64,000 nt of DNA. It comes from an uncultured delta proteobacterium (GTDB lineage: Bacteria > Desulfobacterota > Binatia > UBA9968). The stretch's first letter is position 1. Each line of letters starts with the position of its first letter. The stretch covers positions 64,001-128,000 of the forward strand of contig CAVSLC010000025.1 in the NCBI GenBank assembly GCA_963728565.1, in the 5' to 3' direction. Both the position numbers and the translations under genes were made by a program. Below, piece after piece: positions 1-10,910 of this stretch. Below the pieces are notes generated by a model. That model was not told the origin of the DNA and searched no databases. It saw nothing but the letters and a program-made list of their open reading frames with translations.

Positions 1-88
1 GCGTTTTCTAGCTGTGATCGGCGGCGACAGAGCTAAACGACTATCGGGTAGGATGTGAAACTCTTTACTGAGCTACGTTCGATCTACC

Positions 89-1099
89 TCACGGTTTTAA
101 ACGCCCTTCGTTGCGCAGCTCCTGTTGCGCTTGTTTGAGGATGCGGTCGTTGATGACGCGGTCGAGAGTGAATTTCTTATCGACCAATCCGGCGCGGATG
201 TCTTCATCCAGCATGATCTGGATGCCGTCTTGGGCGACCGCGAGGTCGGCGGCGTAGCCCGGACTGAAGAGATCGTAGGAACGGCTGGCGACATCCGGAT
301 CTCCTGTGAGTCCGGCGGCAAAGCCGGTCTGGAGCGCTTCTTTTTTGTGCTGTTTGGCAAATTGCATTCCCAGGATTACGGCTTTCAGAAAGCGCTTGGT
401 GGTCTCCGGATTTTTTTGCAGCATCTCACCCCGGGTGACGAAGATGCTCTGCGGGATTCGGAGCGCCTCGTTCATATTCACGATCATCGGGAAACCCTTA
501 TCGAGCAACCTGACGGTATCCTCGGCGGTAAACGGCGCGGCGGCGATGATGCCTCTTTCGAGCGCGATGGCCCGCAATGCGGTTCCGCCGATCGCCCGCA
601 GGGTGACGTCCTTGTCGGGATCGAGGTTGTTTCTCTTGAGAAAAATCCTGATGGCAAAGTCGGAGAACGCGCCGGCTCCGGTGACACCGATGACCTTGCC
701 GCGCAATTCCTCGACATTTTTGGCTTCCTTGCTGCCGAGAAGCGCGTAGTTCGTGTAATTGGATAGCGAGGCGATGATTTGTAGATCGAGACCGCGGGCA
801 TTGCTCCGGATCGGCGCTTGGGCGCCGCCGATGCTGGCAAAGTCTACGTTCCCCGAAACCAGGGCCGCGATCGCCGTAGGGCCGCCGCGCACGAAGATCT
901 GCTGCACGATGAGGCCTTGATCTTTGCAAAAGCCTTTGGCGATGGCGATGCGAAAGGGCAGTTGGTTGTTCCATGAGAGGCTGACGAAGACGATGCGCAG
1001 GGATTTTTTCTCTTGCGCCGGCGATGCCGGCGGCAATAATGCAGTGATCAATAAGGGCAAGACCCAGAGAAGTGGTCTAAGCAGCATGCATCGTTTCAT
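89..1099 (-). CDS. ABC-type substrate-binding protein, NMT1/THI5/SsuA-like
   Basis: Signal peptide, motifs GGPTAIAALVSGNVDF and ELRGKVIGVTG. Start moved to ATG 1099, which follows a GGAGG RBS. Confidence 0.85.
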   Translation of the reverse strand: MKRCMLLRPLLWVLPLLITALLPPASPAQEKKSLRIVFVSLSWNNQLPFRIAIAKGFCKDQGLIVQQIFVRGGPTAIAALVSGNVDFASIGGAQAPIRSNARGLDLQIIASLSNYTNYALLGSKEAKNVEELRGKVIGVTGAGAFSDFAIRIFLKRNNLDPDKDVTLRAIGGTALRAIALERGIIAAAPFTAEDTVRLLDKGFPMIVNMNEALRIPQSIFVTRGEMLQKNPETTKRFLKAVILGMQFAKQHKKEALQTGFAAGLTGDPDVASRSYDLFSPGYAADLAVAQDGIQIMLDEDIRAGLVDKKFTLDRVINDRILKQAQQELRNEGRLKP

Positions 1100-1254
1100 G
1101 CCCGCCTCCCGAGGATCCAATAGCGATCTCCGCGTATTCCGAAAAAATCATTTGGGCCATATAACTAATCGAGGCTCGTGGCGAGCGAGCCAAATTACAG
1201 GCAAAGCAGTCAACATGGCTACCCCTACCATGTAGAGGAAACAGGATGCAATAA

Positions 1255-2208
1255 ATGAATCTTGGCAAGTGTTGGTGAAGAATTGAAACCGATGTCCTGA
1301 CTGATGGCGCGGTGCGGAAGTAGTGGTGGTCATCGCTGGATGGAGCCGGAGCGATGGGATCATGAGGCGCCACGAGCGATGCGGTGATTAGCCGGAAGGG
1401 AAAAATCACGCGCGATCTCATGGAAGAGAGCCGCGGCCGGCTAAAGATCATCGCGCGCACCGGCGTCGGTGTCGATCCGTCACGGGTCGATTTGGCTGCG
1501 GCAAAGCAATACAAGATTTGGGTCACGAACATGCCGGGCAGCAACGCCGTGTCGGTGGCGGAGTTGGTCTTCGGCCAAATGATTGCCCTGGTGCGCCACA
1601 CGCACGAGGCCAATCGCGCGGTGAAAGAAAATCGCTGGGGCGATTACCTCAAATACATCGGCACCGAACTGGCGGGAAAAACGTTGGGCATCATCGGCAT
1701 GGGAAACATCGGCACGCGGGTGGCGCTTCGCGCCCGGGCCTTCGAAATGTCCTTCATCGTCTATGATCCCTATATTCCCGAATCTCATGTCACGGCGCTC
1801 GGCGGCCGGTGGCTAAGCTTGGATGAATTGCTTGCGGAATCGGATTTCGTGACTATCCATTGTCCGCTGAACGATGAAACGAAGAGGATGATTGCGGCTA
1901 GGGAGCTGGCATTGATAAAACCTTCCGCCTATCTCATCAATGCCGCCCGCGGCGGTATCATCGATGAGCAAGCTTTGCTCGAAGCTTTACGAGAGAAAGA
2001 AATTGCCGGCGCGGCGTTGGATGTGATCGAAAGCGAGCCGCCGCCTAAAAATCATCCGCTGTTGAACCTCGGCAATGTCCTGAGGACGCTGCACCTGGGC
2101 GCCGTGACATTGGAAGCGTCGGCGCGCGGCGAATGGGGCGCTGCGCAAGAGGTGATTCGAGTTTTGGAGGGGAAACGACCGAAGAATCCGGTGAATGAAC
2201 TGTCCTAA
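1255..2208 (+). CDS. D-isomer-specific 2-hydroxyacid dehydrogenase (SerA/hydroxypyruvate reductase-like), 5' end frameshifted
   Basis: ORF 1384-2208 has ARTGVGVD, GIIGMGNIG, HCPL, INAARG and AALDV. The N-terminus from about 1255 is broken by indels. Confidence 0.8.
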
Positions 2209-2221
2209 GCATGGGTGCTTC

Positions 2222-2950
2222 CTAGCGCAAAATTCCGTTAAGCGGCGCCTGGCTTACTTCGACCGCACCCCTGCCTGTGAGCCGGATGACATTTACCGTG
2301 CCGGCGTACTCAGGCGAACCGGAATAGTAGGCGGTAATTTCGCCGGTGCCGACGGGAGTTGCCTGGTTCCAGTGGCCCAGCGCCACGTAATCGGCGCCGG
2401 TGGCGAGCAATTCTTCACGGTGAATCAGCCATGAGCCGATCAACCGATTCGGATCTCTCTGTTCGTCGACATAATGCCCATGCGCAGCGGCAAGTTGCCA
2501 GCGGGTCGAGCGCGGCCGGGGGTCGGCAAGCGGCGACATATCGGTGTAGTCGAGGTGCGCTCGGCCCCAGATTTCAAGTTCATATTCGGGGAACATCACG
2601 GATTGATCAACGTTGAGACCGAGTATGTGAACGTTGGGAATCTGCGCAAGCCCGCCACGACGGTAGACGGAATCGGGTGTCAGCGGGTCATGATTGCCGG
2701 GCAAAATAACGATGGGATCGCCGTAATCGCGCAAAATTTGCGCCGCGCGTTCAAGAAGGTCGCCAGGCTGGCGGTGATTGTCAAAAGTATCTCCAGCGAG
2801 GACGACGATGTCGGCGCGAGCTTCGATAGCCGCGCTGAGAACTTTGGGAAGAACCGCTAAAGAGTCGCGCTCGCTGAAGCTGTCGTCGGTGCCGAGATGC
2901 AAGTCAGAGCTGTGGACGATAACCGCTTCCGGGTGTTGGTCTCGGGCCAT
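2222..2950 (-). CDS. Metallophosphoesterase, SbcD/Mre11-like exonuclease family
   Basis: DLHLG, AGDTFD, PGNHD, AHG, ALGHWN and YSGSPE motifs. Confidence 0.85.
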   Translation of the reverse strand: MARDQHPEAVIVHSSDLHLGTDDSFSERDSLAVLPKVLSAAIEARADIVVLAGDTFDNHRQPGDLLERAAQILRDYGDPIVILPGNHDPLTPDSVYRRGGLAQIPNVHILGLNVDQSVMFPEYELEIWGRAHLDYTDMSPLADPRPRSTRWQLAAAHGHYVDEQRDPNRLIGSWLIHREELLATGADYVALGHWNQATPVGTGEITAYYSGSPEYAGTVNVIRLTGRGAVEVSQAPLNGILR

Positions 2951-3211
2951 AGAGAAGATCCTGCTTTCACTGACGCAAATAAACCAATCACTTATTCTTA
3001 TTGGCACAGCGGGAAAATTGCAAGCAACAGCCGGCGTACTTAGCGCAGCTGAAGCAAAAACTGCGCGATCTTCGGAGTCGGTCTGATGTTGGCTGAGCCG
3101 CGTGCCATGTCTCCTGAGGCCGCAGCTTATCGCTTGCGAGAATTTAAGGGTGAGGAATTGGGCGGCATAGCCAGGTGCGGAGGGACACCTGGCTATAAAC
3201 TGAATCGAAGC

Positions 3212-3487
3212 TTACTTGGCGGCTTTGGATTTGCTGGCGGGCTTGGTCTCACCTGTAGCTTTGTCATCGGTCGATTTAGTGTCGGTTTCGCTCGTGGATT
3301 CGGCCTTGGATTTGCCTTTAGCTTTTCCTTCTGTCTTTACGGATTCAGACTTTTCTTTACCATCCGTCTTTACCGACTCCGATTGCATACTACCGGAACT
3401 CTTCTTTTCTGCACTCTTTCCGGTCTGGGCATAAGCTACCGAAGCTATAAACATTGAAGCAACTAACGCGCTAAGGAAACGTTTCAT
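3212..3487 (-). CDS. Small secreted Lys/Ser-rich low-complexity protein
   Basis: Signal peptide (MKRFLSALVASMFIASVAYA), internal repeat SESVKT(D/E)GK, GGAGG RBS upstream. Confidence 0.7.
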   Translation of the reverse strand: MKRFLSALVASMFIASVAYAQTGKSAEKKSSGSMQSESVKTDGKEKSESVKTEGKAKGKSKAESTSETDTKSTDDKATGETKPASKSKAAK

Positions 3488-3721
3488 GTGTGATCCTCCA
3501 GTATGACATCTGTTGTTGTTTAAGAACGCCCGAGGTCGACCGGCGCCGCCCTCCGCTCGGCTGGAGCTCGTCTCGTTCGTTCTTGATGCCTTAGACGTGT
3601 GCGACTGCGCTTTAATTCACGTTGGCGCTGGTTTATACATCAGATACATCAAATGATTTGTTTCACTAAACAAATCACGGGGTAGCACCGTACGATGGTT
3701 TTTACCGAAGGAGGTGCCCAC

Positions 3722-5175
3722 ATGGCCGAAGGGCTGCCCATTGCTAAAGGAACCGGCGAGCACTTGTTACTGCCGCAGATGGCCAATCGCCACGGTTTGA
3801 TCGCCGGCGCCACCGGCACGGGAAAGACGGTAACACTTCGGGTCATCGCCGAAAATTTTAGCCGTATAGGCGTACCGGTATTCATGGCGGACGTAAAGAG
3901 CGATTTGTCCGGAATGGCCCGGGCCGGTCAAGAGAATCCGAAAATCCGCGAGCGACTCGACAAACTCGGCTTGAAAGAATTTGACTTCACCACTTATCCG
4001 ACGGTCTTTTGGGATCTCTACGGCGAACAAGGCCATCCGGTGCGCACAACAATTTCGGATATGGGGCCGTTGCTGCTGAGCCGGCTCCTTAGCTTGAACG
4101 AAACCCAAAGCGGCGTACTCAACCTGGTTTTTAAAGTCGCCGATGACAACGGCATGCTGCTGCTCGACCTCAAAGACCTGCGCTCCATGCTGCAATTCGT
4201 CGGCGACAATGCTGCAAAATTTAAAACCAAGTACGGCAACGTTTCAGCGGCAAGTATCGGCGCCATACAGCGCGGCCTGCTGGCTTTGGAAGAGCAGGGC
4301 GGCGATAAGTTTTTCGGCGAGCCAGCCCTGGATCTCGATGACCTGATGCAAACCGACAGTCAAGGACGGGGCACTATCAATATCCTGGTTGCCGATAAAC
4401 TCATTAACGCTCCCAAGCTATATGCGACATTTTTACTTTGGCTGTTGTCGGAGTTATTCGAGCAGCTTCCCGAGGTGGGAGATCCGGAAAAACCCAAGCT
4501 GGCTTTTTTTTTCGATGAAGCACATTTGTTGTTCAACGATGCGCCGGCCGTGTTGCTGGAAAAAATCGAGCAGGTAATCCGGCTGATTCGCTCCAAAGGC
4601 GTTGGGGTCTATTTCGTCACTCAGAATCCCTGGACGTTCCCGATGTCGTGCTCGGTCAATTGGGCCATCGCGTGCAGCATGCGTTGCGCGCGTTTACGCC
4701 GCGCGATCAGAAGGCTGTCAAAGCCGCCGCCCAGACATTCCGCCAGAACTCCGCCATCGATGTTGAAACGGCGATCACCGAATTGGGCGTTGGTGAAGCA
4801 CTGGTTTCATTCCTCGACGAAAAGGGGCGGCCGACGATCGTCGATCGCGCCTTGATTTACCCGCCGCAAAGCCAGTTGCCCCCGCTCGCAGCGGGCGAAC
4901 GCGAAAGTATCGTGAAACAATCGACGATTTACGGCCACTATGAAAAGTTAGTTGATCGTGAGTCGGCGCATGAAATGCTCAAATCTCGAGCGCCGCAGCT
5001 CGAACAGCCCCCTGCGAAGACGGCAGGCAGCTCATGGCAAGCGGAAGCGGGAGGTTTGTTCGATGCCATGGGTAAGAGCGCGGCCCGTGCCATCGGCAGT
5101 CAGGTTGGCCGTGAGATCATCCGCGGCGTGCTCGGCTCGCTTTTCGGTGGAGGAACGACCCGCAAAAGACGTTAA
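3722..5175 (+). CDS. DUF853/YjgR HerA-like ATPase, frameshifted near 4630
   Basis: [21 protein letters not shown] and VTQNP; continues in ORF 4648-5175 ([16 protein letters not shown]). Confidence 0.9.
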
Positions 5176-5443
5176 GTGGCCGAGACAGGCGCCTTACAAC
5201 AGCTATTTCAACCAGCGGCTTTCCACGCATCTGTCATCGACTGTTAGATGCTCTGACTCATCGAACGACGCAGCGCCTTTAAGAAGATGTTCAAGTAGTC
5301 AAACGTCAGATCCGGCGCAGGCGGGGCTGTTCACTGCAGAAAGGGAGCCGCGGGGATCTTCGGCATTAATCCGAGTACCCTGCGCTCGCGCATGGCTGGC
5401 ACAACAACCAGAAGGCGCGCGGCGCAGTGCCACAGACGAATGC

Positions 5444-6094
5444 TCAACGCGGACTCGTCGACCGAGAGCTGCCAGTTTGCGGCGTGACCGCTTTAGCTTT
5501 ACCGGCAAAGCGTTTTGACGCCGCCGGCACTAACGCATAGGCAGCTCGGATACCGAGGAGCAATGCTAATACCGCGCCGTATTGCGCAGGGCGGCGGATG
5601 TCCGATTTAACCAGCCAGTAAAAGTGAAGAACTCCGGCGGCGGCGGCAATATAGGCCAGGCGGTGTAACTGTTGCCAACGCTTGCCAAGACGCCGGATCA
5701 TTGCCGCCGTTGAAGTGAGCGCCAGCGGAATCATCAAGACAAATGAAGTGAATCCAGCGGTGACATAGGGGCGCTTGTAAATGTCCTTGGCAATCGCCTG
5801 AAAGTCGAAGAAATGGTCCAGGACCATATAGGTTAGGAAATGCAGGACCGCATAGAAAAACGCGAAAAGACCCAACATGCGCCGATATCTGATCAGCGCG
5901 TTCCAGCCGAACATCTTGCGCAAAGGCGTGACCGCCAGACTGGCAATTAAAATGATGAGCGCCCACGAGCCCGTGAACCGGGTGATATACTCGATCGGAT
6001 TGGCGGTCAAATCGTCGGTATAAAATCCGTACGCGAGCTGCGTTAGCGGGATCAGGCCGGCGATGAAGAGCGCAGGTTTTATCCAGGAGCGCAT
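5444..6094 (-). CDS. msrQ: Methionine sulfoxide reductase heme-binding membrane subunit
   Basis: RRMLGL, LHFLTY and W..LHRLAY motifs; adjacent to msrP. Confidence 0.9.
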   Translation of the reverse strand: MRSWIKPALFIAGLIPLTQLAYGFYTDDLTANPIEYITRFTGSWALIILIASLAVTPLRKMFGWNALIRYRRMLGLFAFFYAVLHFLTYMVLDHFFDFQAIAKDIYKRPYVTAGFTSFVLMIPLALTSTAAMIRRLGKRWQQLHRLAYIAAAAGVLHFYWLVKSDIRRPAQYGAVLALLLGIRAAYALVPAASKRFAGKAKAVTPQTGSSRSTSPR

Positions 6095-6265
6095 CGGGTC
6101 AACTACATAGAAGTCAAGCAGCGCTTCGAAAATGAACACACTGGGGTTGCGTTAAAACAGAATCCAACCCTCATATGACAGGTGAAGTTGTCATCCCTGG
6201 GCGCGAATAGTTATGATCTCCGTCTTGCTTCGGTCGCTTGCTGTTTTGCGAATCTCTGCTTACTT

Positions 6266-7231
6266 CTAGTAGAATTTTTTCAGGTCCATGCCGCTGTATA
6301 GCTGCGCAACCTGATCACCGTAACCGTTGAACATGAGCGTCTTGCGCCGGAGAAACTCCCCGATGCGCCGCTCCGTCGCCTGGGTCCAACGCGGATGGTC
6401 GACCTCCGGATTAACGTTGGAGTAAAACCCGTACTCCTGGGGCTGCATCATGTTCCACGACGCCGGTGGTTGTTTTTCGACGAAACGGATTTTGACTATG
6501 GACTTGATGCTTTTGAAACCGTATTTCCACGGCACCACCACGCGAATCGGAGCGCCGTTCTGCGCCGGCAATACCTGGCCATACAAGCCCACCGATAAGA
6601 TCGTCAACGGGTGCATGGCTTCATCCATGCGCAAGCCTTCGACATAGGGCCATTCCATAATCGGCAGTTTCTGGCCGGGCATGCGCTTGGGGTCATGCAA
6701 GGTCACGAACTGAATAAACTTTGCGTTGCCGGTAGGTTCGGCGAGTTTGATTAGCGCGTTTAAAGGAAAGCCAATCCACGGGATTACCATCGACCAAGCT
6801 TCGACGCACCGTAATCGATAAACTCTTTCCTCCAGCGGACTCAGCTTGGTCAAAGCATCAATGTCGTAAGTCTTGGGCTTTTTGACCTCACCTTCCACCG
6901 CCACCGTCCAGGGCCGAGTCGGAGTCAGGTACTTGGCGTTTGCCGCCGGATCTTCTTTGTCGGGCCCAAGCTCGTAGAAATTATTATAGTTGGTGATGTC
7001 TTTAAACGAGTTTTGCTTCTCGCTGGTGCTGTAGGAACTCTTCTTTAAGTTGGTAATCTGTTCGGCGGCAAGAGCTTGGCCCGCACCCCGAAAGAGGTCG
7101 AATCCAGCGAGAGCCGCGCCCGCGGTAACAGCGCTAGCCGAAGCGCCAAGCATGAACTGCCGACGATTGAGATAAAGCTCCCTGGGAGTGATCTCGGACG
7201 ATCTGATCTCCGGTATTTTTTTTATCAACAT
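6266..7231 (-). CDS. msrP: Methionine sulfoxide reductase Mo catalytic subunit
   Basis: Tat motif [47 protein letters not shown]. Confidence 0.97.
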   Translation of the reverse strand: MLIKKIPEIRSSEITPRELYLNRRQFMLGASASAVTAGAALAGFDLFRGAGQALAAEQITNLKKSSYSTSEKQNSFKDITNYNNFYELGPDKEDPAANAKYLTPTRPWTVAVEGEVKKPKTYDIDALTKLSPLEERVYRLRCVEAWSMVIPWIGFPLNALIKLAEPTGNAKFIQFVTLHDPKRMPGQKLPIMEWPYVEGLRMDEAMHPLTILSVGLYGQVLPAQNGAPIRVVVPWKYGFKSIKSIVKIRFVEKQPPASWNMMQPQEYGFYSNVNPEVDHPRWTQATERRIGEFLRRKTLMFNGYGDQVAQLYSGMDLKKFY

Positions 7232-7592
7232 ACGCCCTCTGGATAGGTCCTCTTGCCTGTTCTTAGATTTTGGTCTTCAGCCGCGATCCTATGGTTATAG
7301 CGGATCGCACCCTTTAAAACGGCTTTGATCCCAATAGCACTGCCGGAAACAAATCTCAAAACAGATTGAACCCCCAAACTATCCGTTACTCTGCTCGTTG
7401 CCCTACTTCGCCGTAGTCTAGGGCCGCACTTCTGCACCTGCTCATGATTTAGATGACTGCTGTCCGGATTTGGTTGCGCTTCGATATTCTGAATGAGTAA
7501 CGGCAGATAACTTGAAAAGTTCCCGTGGCGGGTAAAGAAAAATTCGGGCCAAGTGGAGGCGTTTTCCGCCCCCACTGGCCGATGGGCCAGGA

Positions 7593-7799
7593 TTAGTGAA
7601 GATAGGTTTTGCCCGACGGCGCATCGCCAAGATCGTCTAGGTTGCCGGCATGGGAAGCTTTCCTGAGAATTTCGATCAGTGCCGCCTGAGCCAGCTTGTA
7701 CGCGTCTCGGTCATTATCGGAGTATTCAAAAGCAACTTCGCTGGCCGCCGCAATGAGCTCGCCCAGGGTGGTGTCCAGCTTTTTTGTGCTCTTTTCCAT
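7593..7799 (-). CDS. Small hypothetical protein
   Basis: Plausible 68-aa ORF (MEKSTKKLDTTLGELIAAASEVAF) with a purine-rich RBS. Confidence 0.55.
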   Translation of the reverse strand: MEKSTKKLDTTLGELIAAASEVAFEYSDNDRDAYKLAQAALIEILRKASHAGNLDDLGDAPSGKTYLH

Positions 7800-7962
7800 T
7801 GATTTCCCTTTCTTTGTCCGGCGAAAACTGTTGATTGGGCTCGGCCATCGGGTGGAGGCTATCATTCGCCGGCGATTATGCCTCAAAACTTAGACGATTT
7901 GGGAAGAAAAAGGATGTACTGCGAATCAGGGGTAATTTGACGGCGGGGTAGCCGGCCCGAAT

Positions 7963-8721
7963 TTATTCTTGCAGCAGCTGGGGAGCGTCGTTCTTTGCCT
8001 TGTAGAAAAGCGGAACTTCCTTAGCGCGATGGTATTCCTCCTCGCTGATGTGGCCCACCTTGGCGAGTCTTGCCAACACGAGGTTTCGCCTCTGAAGAGT
8101 GTTTTTTTCTTGAGTTGTTCGCGGGCTCGGCAGTAGCGCCACCAAAGTGGCGGCTTCCAAAGGATCCAAACTGGCGGCGGACTTGCCAAAATAGTGACGG
8201 GATCCTGCTTCGACGCCGTAGATATTGCGCCCCCATTCGACGATATTCAGATAAATCTCGAATATCCGAGTTTTAGAAAGAGTCTGCTCAAGCTGCCAAG
8301 CGATAATGATCTCCTTCATTTTCCGCAGCGGATTTTTTGCCGGATTCAAATACAAGTTCCTTGCTAGCTGCATCGTGATGGTGCTGCCGCCGCGTCTGAA
8401 ACTGAGCGTTTTTAGATCTGTTTTGAATGCTTCCTTGAGCTCGGCGAAGTCAACTCCGTTGTGACTGAAGAAAGAAGCGTCTTCACTGAGCAGAACAGCC
8501 TTCTTAAGATGATCTGAAATCTGTCCGTAGGGCACCCAGATTCGTTGACGTGACAGCCGTAACTTCTTTTCTCTGTTTTCCTGGTCGCGTAGTTCCATAA
8601 GCGCAGAGGTCTGAGGATTTCTGTTCTTCAACAGCGAAACGTTGGGCAAGGCAAGGTAAAAATAAACCAGGGACGCGACTATCGCCGAGATCAGGAGGCT
8701 TTTAACAAGGACTCTCTTCAT
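7963..8721 (-). CDS. mtgA: Monofunctional peptidoglycan transglycosylase
   Basis: EDASFFSHNGVD, GGSTITMQLARNL, RKMKE, YLNIVEWG and YGVEA motifs. Confidence 0.92.
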   Translation of the reverse strand: MKRVLVKSLLISAIVASLVYFYLALPNVSLLKNRNPQTSALMELRDQENREKKLRLSRQRIWVPYGQISDHLKKAVLLSEDASFFSHNGVDFAELKEAFKTDLKTLSFRRGGSTITMQLARNLYLNPAKNPLRKMKEIIIAWQLEQTLSKTRIFEIYLNIVEWGRNIYGVEAGSRHYFGKSAASLDPLEAATLVALLPSPRTTQEKNTLQRRNLVLARLAKVGHISEEEYHRAKEVPLFYKAKNDAPQLLQE

Positions 8722-9766
8722 AGCTTGCTAAAACTCGGGCCGCTTTGAGAGTCATGGATGATGCTGGATAACGGTTCAGCGCGGCCGGAGCTACCCAGCG
8801 CCAGTTGGAGGCGGGCAAGTCGATGGTGTAATTGCCAGCGAGATCGAATAGAAAAATCGGTGCGCGAATGCGGCGGTAAGTAATGCTATGACGGATTTCG
8901 CCAATGCCCAGAGGGACAACTGAAAGAGATCCGATTTCCCGCAGATGGCGCCGTAAAGTTATCAGGATCCCGTCGTTTCCTGGCTTCTCACCGCCTGGAA
9001 GCTCCCACATTCCGGCGAGCAAGCCTCTATTGGCGCGGCGCCGCAATAGGATTTTCCCACCACGGCGAACAATAGCTAGAGGCCAGGTGACGTTGGTCAA
9101 CTTCAGTTTTTCCCGGGACGCCGGCTTCTTGAAGGCTCCGCTTCCGCTGCGCACCCGGCAATGCGCGGCGAGCGGGCAAAGGAAACAGAGCGGTTCTGCG
9201 GGTAGACAGATGGTTGCGCCGAGTTCCATGATCGCCTGGTTCAAATCGCCCGGCTTCGACTTCGAAATGAGCTCTTCTGCCGCGGCGCGCAACTGTTTCG
9301 CCCCGGCCATATTGAACAAACGGGCCAATACGCGCCGCGCATTGCCGTCAATTGCCGGGTAGGATTTCTGGAAGGCGATGCTGAGAATGGCGCCCGCGGT
9401 GTAATCGCCGATTCCCGGCAGCGCGCGCAAACTCTCATAGTCTCTAGGCATAGTTCCGCCGTGCCGGCGCATCAGCTCCGATGCGGATTTTTTTAAATTC
9501 TCCGCGCGGCGATAGTATCCTAGCCCGGACCAGGCACGCAGGATTTGTCGAAGCGGGGCGCGATCCAATGCTGTGATGGTCGGAAACGCTTTGAGAAACG
9601 TTTCGTAATAAGGAAGAACGGTTTTGACCTGCGTCTGCTGCAGCATGGTTTCGGAAATCCAGATCGCGTACGGATCCGAGGTCCTGCGCCAGGGCAGATC
9701 TCTCCTGTTCTTTTCGTACCAACCGAGTAGTCTGCGGCGGATCAGGGGGAGATTGGTTGAAGGCAT
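8702..9766 (-). CDS. mutY: A/G-specific adenine glycosylase
   Basis: LPWR, SETMLQQT, WSGLGYY, LPGIGDYTA, FeS Cys cluster, NUDIX-like C-terminus. Confidence 0.96.
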   Translation of the reverse strand: MPSTNLPLIRRRLLGWYEKNRRDLPWRRTSDPYAIWISETMLQQTQVKTVLPYYETFLKAFPTITALDRAPLRQILRAWSGLGYYRRAENLKKSASELMRRHGGTMPRDYESLRALPGIGDYTAGAILSIAFQKSYPAIDGNARRVLARLFNMAGAKQLRAAAEELISKSKPGDLNQAIMELGATICLPAEPLCFLCPLAAHCRVRSGSGAFKKPASREKLKLTNVTWPLAIVRRGGKILLRRRANRGLLAGMWELPGGEKPGNDGILITLRRHLREIGSLSVVPLGIGEIRHSITYRRIRAPIFLFDLAGNYTIDLPASNWRWVAPAALNRYPASSMTLKAARVLASYEESPC

Positions 9767-9834
9767 GAATGCGATTGTGAAAAAATTGGGATATAACGGG
9801 CACTCTAGACGAAATCGCCTTCGAAGGAAACTTA

Positions 9835-10710
9835 TTGATCTCCGTGTTGCCGATCTTCTTCGGGATTCTGACTTCGGTTTTCTTTGCCATCGCCAGCCTC
9901 TTGGCGCAGCGCGGCTATCACCTGGCTGCGGCGCCTTGGGGCGCCTGGATCACTATTGCCGGTAATACGATCTTTTTACTATCGGCGCATTTCTTACTTC
10001 GCCCCTTCGCGCCAATTTTCATTTTTGACAATTTAATTTTTGTCGCCGTGGGTTTGTTGGTGCCGGGCGTAACCCGTGTGCTGAGTTTCCGCGGCATTCG
10101 AACCATGGGCAGCTCGGTTACATCGACCATCATCAATACGACGCCGATGTTTTCCACGGTTCTGGCGATACTGCTTCTTGGCGAGAGGCCAGGTCCATGG
10201 GTGATCGCCGGCGTGTTCGTGACCGTTTGTGGCCTGGTCACCGTCTCGTGGACCGGAGCGACGAGCTCCTATCCTAAAATCGAGTTGATCTTTCCCTTTC
10301 TCTGCGCCCTGATCTTCGCATGGAAGGACGTCACGGTGCGTTGGGGCCTCGGCGACGGCGGCGGCGAGCCGATTCTGGCGGCGGGGATCGCCGCGCTCAC
10401 CTCGACTGTCGAAATTTTTCTAATCACGCGTTATCTTCATGGCGAAAAATTTTGTTGGCCGACGGCCAATGCCGCGCGTTGGTTTGTTTGGTCGGGGATT
10501 TTTACCGGCGGGTCTTTCCTATGTATGTATGTTGCCTTGAGCATGGAGCGGGTCACGATTATTGCTCCGCTGATTAATAGCTACGCGGTATTCGTGCTCA
10601 TTTTGACGCCTTTGATGGCGCGGCAGATAGAGACTGTGACCCGGCGCAAAGTTGCCGGCGCCGCCATGGTGGTGGCGGGAATCTTTATGGTGTCCTTGGG
10701 GAAAGACTAG
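9835..10710 (+). CDS. DMT/EamA family transporter
   Basis: About 10 hydrophobic helices; TPMFSTVLAILLLGE motif. Confidence 0.85.
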   Translation: MISVLPIFFGILTSVFFAIASLLAQRGYHLAAAPWGAWITIAGNTIFLLSAHFLLRPFAPIFIFDNLIFVAVGLLVPGVTRVLSFRGIRTMGSSVTSTIINTTPMFSTVLAILLLGERPGPWVIAGVFVTVCGLVTVSWTGATSSYPKIELIFPFLCALIFAWKDVTVRWGLGDGGGEPILAAGIAALTSTVEIFLITRYLHGEKFCWPTANAARWFVWSGIFTGGSFLCMYVALSMERVTIIAPLINSYAVFVLILTPLMARQIETVTRRKVAGAAMVVAGIFMVSLGKD

Positions 10711-10852
10711 CAGGCCGCCGAGAAAACCTCTGCAAAGATGAAGGATGAAAGCGGAAAGCTGAAATGACGCTTCCGGAACGGGTTTGTTTCAGATTTCATC
10801 CTTCATAATTCATCCTTTAGGGGGCGCCGTGGTTGGAGTTTCGCGCTCGCCT
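10707..10852. repeat. MITE/REP-like palindromic element with internal GATGAA/TTCATC inverted repeats
   Basis: Begins CTAGCAGGCCGCCGAGAAAA, overlapping the TAG stop. Internal GATGAAGGATGAAAG...TTTCATCCTTCATAATTCATCC can fold as a hairpin. Right end is degenerate. Confidence 0.5.
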
Positions 10853-10910
10853 TTGTTATGACCTAAGGATTATTCTCGCTGGTTGACATTTTTTAGACGA
10901 AAGGTCCTCA

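Noticed and set aside
125-766. Long antisense and overlapping ORFs here and throughout (e.g. 10908-11705, 28884-29696, 53337-54074, 55653-56366)
   Set aside because: Typical shadow ORFs of GC-rich genes, with no recognisable motifs.
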